Shown here: positions 7,640 to 13,623 of the stretch, piece after piece | Layout: every line of letters starts with the position of its first letter | Numbering within the stretch: position 1 is the first letter of the stretch | Source of the DNA: an uncultured virus (IMG/VR IMGVR_UViG_3300009993_000002) | Lineage: Duplodnaviria; Heunggongvirae; Uroviricota; Caudoviricetes | Length of the DNA: 20,000 bases | Reading direction: 5' to 3' (one strand) | IMG/VR virus record: IMGVR_UViG_3300009993_000002 | Translations under genes and position numbers: made by a program | Notes under the pieces: model-generated | What the model saw: the letters and a program-made list of their open reading frames with translations, nothing else | Databases searched by the model: none | What the model was told of the DNA's origin: nothing

Positions 7640-7649
7640 TCCGTTCACG

Positions 7650-7768
7650 TGTGCACGACGGGATTCGAACCCGTGGACCCTCCGGAAACACCCAGTTCCG
7701 TCAGGTCGCCTGCCTCCTCCGCTGGGGCGGATTCAGCAGGACCCTTTAGGCCGCTCAGGCACATGCAC
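7650..7768 (-). ncRNA. Atypical tRNA-like RNA (119 nt): class-II-type D arm, enlarged anticodon loop, 33-nt variable arm
   Basis: Acceptor GUGCAUG/CGUGCAC, D arm CCU-GAGCGGCCUAA-AGG, T arm ACGGG-UUCGAAU-CCCGU; CCUG/CAGG encloses 24 nt that include the hairpin UCCGC-CCCA-GCGGA. Confidence 0.75.
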
Positions 7769-7869
7769 TGCCAGGCCGATCAGCCTGACCCAGATTCCGT
7801 TTACAGAGGTCATTGCCCGTAAGAGCTTCTACACGGAATCGATGGGCTCTTCTTCCTCCTCTACCCAAG

Positions 7870-7954
7870 AGTCCACGACGGGATTTGAACCCGCGTTTCC
7901 CGCCGCTGGCTTTACCCAGTAGGAAGGCGTGCTAGGCCGCTGCACTACGTGGAC
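7870..7954 (-). ncRNA. Atypical tRNA-like RNA (85 nt): Glu/Asp-like body with an 18-nt anticodon loop
   Basis: Acceptor GUCCACG/CGUGGAC, D arm GUGC-AGCGGCCUA-GCAC, T arm GCGGG-UUCAAAU-CCCGU; CCUUC/GGCGG encloses CUA-CUGG-GUAAAG-CCAG-C. Confidence 0.75.
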
Positions 7955-8112
7955 GGCCCGGCCGCTCGCGAAAGCCGGGCTTCGGATTCCCGCCGAACTG
8001 GCAGGCCAGTGCCAGTTCGGTGTCCTGCGGAAACCCTCAGTGGTATGTCACCCCGCTACCGGCTTTCTTCAGCCGAGAGCGGGGGTTCTGCGGTCGCCGG
8101 ATGACGACCTTG

Positions 8113-8186
8113 TTGGCAGGGGGAGAGTTGAACTCCCGACCTCGGGATTATCAGTCCCGTGCTCTAACCAACTGAGCTACCTGCCA
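8113..8186 (-). tRNA. trnI: tRNA-Ile(GAU), CCA not encoded
   Basis: Complete cloverleaf: UGGCAGG/CCUGCCA, GCUC-AGUUGGUUA-GAGC, CGGGA-CU GAU AA-UCCCG, GGGAG-UUCAACU-CUCCC, discriminator A. Confidence 0.95.
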
Positions 8187-8298
8187 TCGATCCAGCCGGA
8201 AGCAGGTCGGATCTACCTCCGGTGGATCGGTGCGCCGAGCCGGGCCGTAACCGGCTCGATGCGTTTCGTCCGGGCGTCGGATCCCCGAACTAGGTATA

Positions 8299-8327
8299 AC
8301 TCTACCGACGTTGCTGGCCTAGGTCAA
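8299..8327 (-). promoter_or_regulatory. Promoter TTGACC-N17-TAGAGT for the tRNA cluster, overlapped by a CCTAGGCC box
   Basis: -35 at 8322-8327, -10 at 8299-8304; near-consensus HrdB promoter. Confidence 0.75.
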
Positions 8328-8336
8328 CAGACCAGT

Positions 8337-9638
8337 TCAGCTCGCCAGCCGGAAGTTCTCACCCTCGGCGGTGACCAGGCCGTCACGGGCGAACGAACGC
8401 AGGAACTTGCTCGCCTGAACGGTCCCGCAGCCGGTGTGGCTGGCGAGCAGGCCCGGCGTCCAGACCGCCTGCGGATGCCCCTGAAGAGCCCGTATGGCGA
8501 CATCCCGGGGGTACTTGCCACGGCCGTGATCCGGAAGAGCCAGGAGACCGATCATCTCGTCCGTGACCGTCCATGTGCGAACCAGATTCGGGCCGTGCGT
8601 GTTCAGGTAGCCGTGGCCCCGGAAGCGGGGACCGCGTGGCAGGAAATGCGGCTCGACCCCAGCCCCTTCACCGAGCACCGTCGTGGTGTTCTGCGGGGTG
8701 TTGACGCGCAGGCAGAACGAGAAGTCGAAGTTCGTGCGGATGCCCGAGGTGATGCCCCGGTCGTCGCCCGAGCGGAGCGGGTTCTGGGTCATCCACATGA
8801 TGATGATCTCGCGCGAACGGCCCTGGCTGGACAGCTCGGTGAGCTTCTGCATCACGGACTTGTCGGGCCCGTCGGAGAAGGTGTACTCCTCGTCGCCCTT
8901 CGGCGCCTTGCCGCGCCTCTTGTCCTCCTCGATCACAGCCTGGAGGACCGAGTAGCCCTCGTCGATCGGGATGAGCCTGCGCGGGCCGAGTTTCAGATCC
9001 CACTTCGAGATCCCCAGCTTGGCCATCTGGGCAGCCCGGTCTTCCATCCGGGCGTGCTCGCGCTCGATCATCTCGATGATCTCTTCATGCGTGACAGCGC
9101 ACGGGCAGATGCCGCGCCAGACCGTGGCCTCCTCGCCCTTGCCGTCGATGAAGCCGCCCAGCTCCTCATCCGGGTGGACCACGGCCCGCGCCATCAGGGC
9201 GCGCGTGGACCAGCTCTTGCCGGAACCGGAGGCGCCGCCGACCAGAAGGCGCTCATGGCGCGGCACGTCGACCTCCTCGCCCGTGACGGTGTCGAGGCCC
9301 AGCGTCGTGATGTCGGGGTGCCAGAACATGTCCAGCTCGTCGGTCACGTACCGGGTGCGCACGGAGTACAGCACCTTCGAGGACCGGCCGCTGGGGGTCA
9401 GGTCCGACAGGTGGCCGTCCAGGACGTCGAGCATGGCCCGGATGACCTGATGCCGCTTGCGCAGCTCGGGCAGCGCGTCGCGGCCGTCGAGCTGGAGGGT
9501 GGCCACGACGCCGGACTGGGTCAGCTCAGCGTCGTGGAGCGTGACGCCACGCAGCCCGCGCTTCACGGCCTGGGGGTTCCAGTAGTCCGGCGTCAGGAGG
9601 CCGAGCAGGCGCAGCTCCTCCTCAGTCGCTACCAGCAT
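8337..9638 (-). CDS. FtsK/SpoIIIE-family ATPase, TraB-like, with a probable C-terminal winged helix (433 aa)
   Basis: Walker A LLVGGASGSGKS, FIDGKG.E, RMEDRA..M, Walker B LIPIDEG, QGRSREI....TQ.P (Arg finger/Gln sensor), IRTNF, G.GYL; C-terminal TPGLLASHTGCGTVQASKFLRSFARDGLV. Confidence 0.9.
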   Translation of the reverse strand: MLVATEEELRLLGLLTPDYWNPQAVKRGLRGVTLHDAELTQSGVVATLQLDGRDALPELRKRHQVIRAMLDVLDGHLSDLTPSGRSSKVLYSVRTRYVTDELDMFWHPDITTLGLDTVTGEEVDVPRHERLLVGGASGSGKSWSTRALMARAVVHPDEELGGFIDGKGEEATVWRGICPCAVTHEEIIEMIEREHARMEDRAAQMAKLGISKWDLKLGPRRLIPIDEGYSVLQAVIEEDKRRGKAPKGDEEYTFSDGPDKSVMQKLTELSSQGRSREIIIMWMTQNPLRSGDDRGITSGIRTNFDFSFCLRVNTPQNTTTVLGEGAGVEPHFLPRGPRFRGHGYLNTHGPNLVRTWTVTDEMIGLLALPDHGRGKYPRDVAIRALQGHPQAVWTPGLLASHTGCGTVQASKFLRSFARDGLVTAEGENFRLAS

Positions 9639-9939
9639 CGGGCACCTCCATGTTCGCGTCGAACATCGGGTCGAGCCCGAGCGGGAAAAAGATGTTCTCG
9701 GCAGGGTCGATCATGATGAAGATCTTGTACGGCGCCATGATCGAGCAGATCCGACCGGCCTCGTCCAGCTTGACCCCGCCGTTCAGGGGCCACACGGCGA
9801 ACATGTCTCCGGCTTCCGGTGCGCCGAGCTGGAGTGCCGCATCGTGCGGAGTTGCGGCGAGAGCGCAGTGACCGTCGAGGGGGTTGTAGTACAACGTCCT
9901 CGCTTCACGCCGAACGGGAACGGCGTAGTAGGAACTCAC
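9622..9939 (-). CDS. Hypothetical protein (105 aa)
   Basis: GGAGAGGAAAAGAAAG upstream of GTG; overlaps the start of the FtsK-like gene. Confidence 0.7.
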   Translation of the reverse strand: MSSYYAVPVRREARTLYYNPLDGHCALAATPHDAALQLGAPEAGDMFAVWPLNGGVKLDEAGRICSIMAPYKIFIMIDPAENIFFPLGLDPMFDANMEVPDAGSD

Positions 9940-9965
9940 CTTTCTTTTCCTCTCCTTGATGCACG

Positions 9966-10003
9966 GAAGGCCGGACCTGGGTGGAGCGCCAGGTCCGGCC
10001 TTC
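9966..10003 (-). terminator. Probable terminator hairpin
   Basis: GAAGGCCGGACCTGG / CCAGGTCCGGCCTTC perfect 15-bp inverted repeat. Confidence 0.65.
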
Positions 10004-10017
10004 TCGGGTTGCCTCGG

Positions 10018-10494
10018 TCAGACGGAGGCGGTGGGGGTGCCGTAGCCGTAGCTGACGGCCGGGGTGGAGTCGCCGTCGGCCTCGTCCGAGTCCGCCTCGT
10101 CGGTGTCGACGTCGGAGTCCGCGTCGGTGTCGTCGGAGCGGTTCTCCAGGGCGGCGATGTACTCGCGGGCCTGCTCCTCGGAGAAGTCCTCCAGCAGGAG
10201 AGCGGCGACCGGGTCGACGCCCTTCTCGTTGGCCTTGTCGACGACCGGCTTGACGACGTTCATGAGAACGGAGTCGCGCAGGTTCACGGCCCACGACTCG
10301 CCGCGCTCGGCGGCCTCGGCCAGCTCGGCGTCGGCGGCGGCCTTGGCCTGCTCGTCCTTGTAGGTGCTCTTGAGGTTGGTCGCGGCGGCTTCGAAGATGA
10401 GCTTCGCGTAGACCGCGATGTCCGCCTCGCTGGCGCCGGGGAAGTCCTTGGATGCGGTCCGGAAGACGGATCGCACTGCGGTGGTCAGAGACAC
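10018..10494 (-). CDS. Acidic alpha-helical hypothetical protein (158 aa)
   Basis: GGAGAGGA RBS; strongly GC3-biased codons; Asp/Glu-rich C-terminal tail. Confidence 0.8.
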   Translation of the reverse strand: MSLTTAVRSVFRTASKDFPGASEADIAVYAKLIFEAAATNLKSTYKDEQAKAAADAELAEAAERGESWAVNLRDSVLMNVVKPVVDKANEKGVDPVAALLLEDFSEEQAREYIAALENRSDDTDADSDVDTDEADSDEADGDSTPAVSYGYGTPTASV

Positions 10495-10591
10495 GTTCTA
10501 TTCCTCTCCGAGGTTCTGCTTCGTTCTGCGAACTTTGTTGTGCGTGCTCGCTGTTCGTCGGTAACAGCGTATCACGATTCGGCCTGGGCCA

Positions 10592-10951
10592 CTAGCTTCT
10601 CGCAGGTCCCTTCGCCTGCTTTCGGATCGTTGCGTCCTCGGGGTGATCCGAGTTCGCGAAGTAGTTCAGGCGCGGCGAAACCGTCACCTTCACGGACCGG
10701 CGCGCGGGGACCTGGATGCGGTCGCCGCTGTGCGGGTTCCGGGCCATACGGGGCTTCTTGTCGACGCGGTCCAGGCTCAGGAAGTTCGTGATGGAGACGC
10801 TTCCCCCCTGGGCTACGGTCCAGGCGATGATGTCGCACATCGTCTCGACGGCCTCGGCGGCGACGGAACGGGACAGGCCCATCCGGTCGGCGAGGGTTTC
10901 GGCCAGAAGCTGCTTGTTCAGGTTGCGGGGCTTCTGCTCGTCGTTGGCCAC
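10592..10951 (-). CDS. HU/IHF-family histone-like DNA-binding protein (119 aa)
   Basis: LNKQLLAETLADRMGLSRSVAAEAVE...VSITNFLSL....KPRMARNPHSGDRIQVPARRSVK is the HU/IHF signature; AAAGGAG RBS. Confidence 0.93.
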   Translation of the reverse strand: MANDEQKPRNLNKQLLAETLADRMGLSRSVAAEAVETMCDIIAWTVAQGGSVSITNFLSLDRVDKKPRMARNPHSGDRIQVPARRSVKVTVSPRLNYFANSDHPEDATIRKQAKGPARS

Positions 10952-11114
10952 GTTGGGCTCCTTTCCTCAACTGCACCTATCGTAGCACTCCTTGAGAATC
11001 AAGTTGGCTAAAAGGCAGCATGAGAGTGTGGTGTACATGGTGTGGGGGAGAACCAGGTTACGTCCAAGAACTGTTCAGCGTTGCACCAAGCAGGGAAACA
11101 ATCCGGCCACAGCG

Positions 11115-11144
11115 AAGGGGACCCGGTGGAAACCGGGTCCCCTT
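11115..11144 (-). terminator. Probable terminator hairpin
   Basis: AAGGGGACCCGG-TGGAAA-CCGGGTCCCCTT just downstream of the 11163 stop. Confidence 0.65.
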
Positions 11145-11162
11145 GCCTTCTGGAAGATGGGA

Positions 11163-11378
11163 TCAGGAAGCGGGCCCGAACGGCGGCAGGCTGCGCCTGT
11201 GGGCGCGGGCCCGGTCGATCGACTCCCGGGTGCGAGGCGCCGCTACAGCGCGACGCATGCCCTCCATCGGATCCTCGGCGACCTGCGGTGCCGACTTCTT
11301 CTCGCGGGCCTCCTGGGTGGCCGACTTGCGGCCCGCGTACTTCGTCTCGGCGAGACGCTGGTCACGGCTCTTGCTCAT
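11163..11378 (-). CDS. Small basic hypothetical protein (71 aa, MSKSRDQRLAETKY...)
   Basis: ATG at 11378 with GAGGAG RBS and an ATGA overlap with the upstream stop. Confidence 0.7.
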   Translation of the reverse strand: MSKSRDQRLAETKYAGRKSATQEAREKKSAPQVAEDPMEGMRRAVAAPRTRESIDRARAHRRSLPPFGPAS

Positions 11379-11779
11379 ACGGTCTCCTCGCTGGAATGGG
11401 CCAGCGGAAGATGGACCGCCAGCCACGTTTTCTCGGTTTCGTCGGCCGGATCGAAGGGCCGGTCGGTGAAGTACACGACCGCGCGATCGACTCCGGCGGT
11501 CTCCTCGCTCTTCAGCGTGAGCGGGGAGATGACGTACATCTGGCCGATCGAGACGTAGAGCGCACCGTTTGCGATCCTGACGCTTCCCGAGCCGATCGCG
11601 GGCACGGGGCCCGGATGGGTGGTGAACTTGGCTCCGCAGGCCCAGGCGGCAGCCTCGGCCTCGATCCGCCGGTCCTCGTTCGGGTGGTACAGGAAGACGC
11701 TGAGCGCGTTCTCCATCGTCGGCACGTTCAGGACGACTTCGACATCGACCACTTCCGGACCGGTGTCACCGAATGTCAT
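11375..11779 (-). CDS. Hypothetical protein (134 aa, MTFGDTGPEVV...)
   Basis: C-terminal, protein-like part of ORF 11375..12055; ATG at 11779 overlaps the upstream small ORF stop (ATGA). Confidence 0.65.
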   Translation of the reverse strand: MTFGDTGPEVVDVEVVLNVPTMENALSVFLYHPNEDRRIEAEAAAWACGAKFTTHPGPVPAIGSGSVRIANGALYVSIGQMYVISPLTLKSEETAGVDRAVVYFTDRPFDPADETEKTWLAVHLPLAHSSEETV

Positions 11780-11892
11780 CGGTGCCCCATGTTGTCGGGG
11801 TCCAGGACAGTCGCCTCGTTCAGCCGGTTCCCCGCGAGCAGGGCAAGCGCTCCGGCCATCGAGAGCAGGATCCACCGCTTCAACTTCTGCAC
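11776..11892 (-). CDS. Small single-TM or signal-peptide-like protein not in the track (38 aa, MQKLKRWILLSMAGALALLAGNRLNEATVLDPDNMGHR)
   Basis: GGAGAGGAAC-GTG, the same RBS context as the gene starting at 2003; ATGA coupling to the next gene. Confidence 0.6.
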   Translation of the reverse strand: MQKLKRWILLSMAGALALLAGNRLNEATVLDPDNMGHR

Positions 11893-12070
11893 GTTCCTCT
11901 CCGGTTTCCTGTCGCTTCTCTGTGACGTTTCGCACCGGGAAGTTCACCCGATGACGAACGGGCCCGGATGGTTCGATCCAATCCGGGCCCGTCGGTGTCC
12001 CATGCTCACCCCTGGCCGCTGCCTGCCCTCGTCCGGCTGGGCCCGCTGGCGGCACGGGCTTGAGTACGCC

Positions 12071-12334
12071 TCAGACCGTCACCCCCTCCGGGTTCTCCAG
12101 CTTCTTCAGCACCTCGTTGGCCCAGGAGTTCTTGGCTCGGGCCGCCTGCTTGAGACGTGCCTTCAGGCGCCGGATCATGGTGGAGTCGTCGTAGCCGTAC
12201 GCGCTGGCCACGTCCCTCACCATGGAGGTGAGGCCCTGGGCGGCCTCGGGAGAGAGACCTTTGGTGAGATCCTGCGCCGCCTTGTCGAATCCGTTCACGC
12301 TGGAACGCTTCTTGATGTTTCGGCCGTTGCTCAC
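12071..12334 (-). CDS. Small basic helical hypothetical protein (87 aa)
   Basis: AAAGGGGA RBS; first gene of a leftward unit, divergent from 12456. Confidence 0.7.
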   Translation of the reverse strand: MSNGRNIKKRSSVNGFDKAAQDLTKGLSPEAAQGLTSMVRDVASAYGYDDSTMIRRLKARLKQAARAKNSWANEVLKKLENPEGVTV

Positions 12335-12379
12335 GCTTCAGTCCCCTTTCCGAGACCGCCCTGTCCGGCGGTGAGTCAT

Positions 12380-12432
12380 ACTCTTCCAGAAGTGGCCCAG
12401 GCCGTCAAGTCCGGCTATCGAAGGTACAATTG
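12380..12432. promoter_or_regulatory. Divergent promoter region with a GGCCTGGGCC box
   Basis: Leftward TTGACG-N17-AAGAGT; rightward -10 TACAAT at 12425-12430; box at 12391-12404. Confidence 0.5.
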
Positions 12433-12455
12433 ACCTGCGCAGACAGGGAGGTGAG

Positions 12456-12920
12456 ATGAGACGTACGATGCCGGACGTCCGCCGGAAGGCCAAGGTCAGG
12501 CCCGATGTGCTGGCGGCCTTCCTGGACGAGTCGCCCACTGGGCTGCGCCTGCCGTTCACGAAGGTTCCCGACTGGGTGATGATCTGCGAACGCATCAACC
12601 CGACGGCCTTCCGGCTGTGGTGCATCATGCGCAGCATGCAGTTCGAGGGCGGCCCGGGTATCCCGCCCGTGACCCTGGACGAGATCTGTTACCTGCTACC
12701 GGGGGTCAACGGGAAACCCACTTCGAAGGCGAGGGGCAGGGAGGCCCTGGACAGCCTGCTGGTGGAGGGGTTGCTGAAAGACGTCAGTGCGCCCGGAACG
12801 CCCAAGTCGGCGCCACGCCTGTATCTCGCCCTCGATGAACCACAGAACGGGGGCATGGGGTTCAGCGGGGCCCGCAGGAAGCTCAACCGGTACACCAGGC
12901 TCTGGCGTACACGGGAGTAA
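12456..12920 (+). CDS. Winged-helix protein resembling the N-terminal domain of phage/plasmid replication initiators (154 aa)
   Basis: FTKVPDWV...INPTAFRLWCIMRS...TLDEI......S....REALDSLLVEGLL pattern; GGGAGGTGA RBS. Confidence 0.7.
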   Translation: MRRTMPDVRRKAKVRPDVLAAFLDESPTGLRLPFTKVPDWVMICERINPTAFRLWCIMRSMQFEGGPGIPPVTLDEICYLLPGVNGKPTSKARGREALDSLLVEGLLKDVSAPGTPKSAPRLYLALDEPQNGGMGFSGARRKLNRYTRLWRTRE

Positions 12921-12924
12921 CAGG

Positions 12925-12965
12925 CAGACGGCCGCCCTCCACGGGGGGAAGGGGGCGGCCGTCTG
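12925..12965 (+). terminator. Probable terminator hairpin
   Basis: CAGACGGCCGCCCTC / GGGGGCGGCCGTCTG inverted repeat directly after the TAA. Confidence 0.6.
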
Positions 12966-13104
12966 GCGGAGACCGGGGTCTCTGCGGCCCGTCCTCACAC
13001 TTTCACCGTAGACCGGCCATGGCGAAGATCGCCACCGGAACCTGCAACCTCTGGACTTCCTCAAGAGTGGTGACATCGGATTTCCGGGCGGGAAAGATGC
13101 CAGC

Positions 13105-13440
13105 ATGAAGATTCGAAACCCGCTCAAGAAGAAGACCGAAAAGACGGCCGACGCCACTCCGGTTCCGGCCCCTCGCCGCATCGCACCGGTCAGTGCGACC
13201 CGGCCCCCCGCCACCACCTACGACCCGGCCCGGGATGCCGCCCTGTACACGCCGGTCTACAGCCCGCCGAGCACGTCCGGCGACTGCGGAACCAGCTCGT
13301 CTGGATCCCACCACGGCAGCGGCAGCTCGCACTCGTACGACTCGGGCAGCTCGCACAGCGGCGGTTCACACTCGTACGACGGCGGCTCGCATTCGTACGA
13401 CTCGGGCTCCGGCTCGTCATGCGACAGTGGCGGGTTCTGA
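13105..13440 (+). CDS. Low-complexity protein with a basic N-terminus and SHSYDxG repeats (111 aa)
   Basis: Repeated TCGCA(C/T)TCGTACGAC units in frame; ends just before a bidirectional hairpin. Confidence 0.65.
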   Translation: MKIRNPLKKKTEKTADATPVPAPRRIAPVSATRPPATTYDPARDAALYTPVYSPPSTSGDCGTSSSGSHHGSGSSHSYDSGSSHSGGSHSYDGGSHSYDSGSGSSCDSGGF

Positions 13441-13453
13441 GAAGATGTTCCAC

Positions 13454-13499
13454 GAGCAGGCCCACCTGGGAGCGTCGGTCTCCCGGGTGAGCCTGTTTT
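13454..13499. terminator. Bidirectional terminator between convergent genes
   Basis: CAGGCCCACCTGGGAG / CTCCCGGGTGAGCCTG imperfect stem followed by TTTT. Confidence 0.6.
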
Positions 13500-13500
13500 G

Positions 13501-13581
13501 TCACAGCACGCCGACGACTGCCAGGATCAGCAGGATCAGCAGGATCGCGACGAGGAGATAGATCAACCCTCCAGGTGTCAT
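13501..13581 (-). CDS. 26-aa hydrophobic micropeptide (MTPGGLIYLLVAILLILLILAVVGVL)
   Basis: Manual translation; strong RBS GGAAGGGAGG 5 nt before ATG; stop immediately before the terminator. Confidence 0.65.
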   Translation of the reverse strand: MTPGGLIYLLVAILLILLILAVVGVL

Positions 13582-13623
13582 GACTGCCTCCCTTCCACGT
13601 TCCGTCTACCCGGTTTCACCGGA

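Noticed and set aside
7700..7925. Group I/II intron or archaeal bulge-helix-bulge intron in the tRNA-like RNAs
   Set aside because: The extra sequence is only 11-17 nt, far too short for self-splicing introns, and no proper BHB geometry is visible. A protein-spliced mini-intron remains only a hypothesis.
7650..7954. Assigning amino-acid identities (e.g. Phe-GAA, Ser-ACU or amber CUA) to the two tRNA-like RNAs
   Set aside because: No 7-nt anticodon loop can be formed with the pairing stems, so any anticodon call would be arbitrary.
7929..9716. 595-aa plus-strand ORF
   Set aside because: Antisense to the FtsK-like gene and runs across tRNA genes; shadow ORF.
11042..12433. 463-aa plus-strand ORF
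   Set aside because: Arg/Pro/Gly-rich with no motifs. The minus strand holds several coupled genes with good RBSs.
13522..13547. CAGGATCAG tandem repeats as a TraB clt/TRS site or iterons
   Set aside because: The 9-bp period is explained by Leu-Ile-Leu codons of the 26-aa peptide; only about three copies, and far from the FtsK-like gene.
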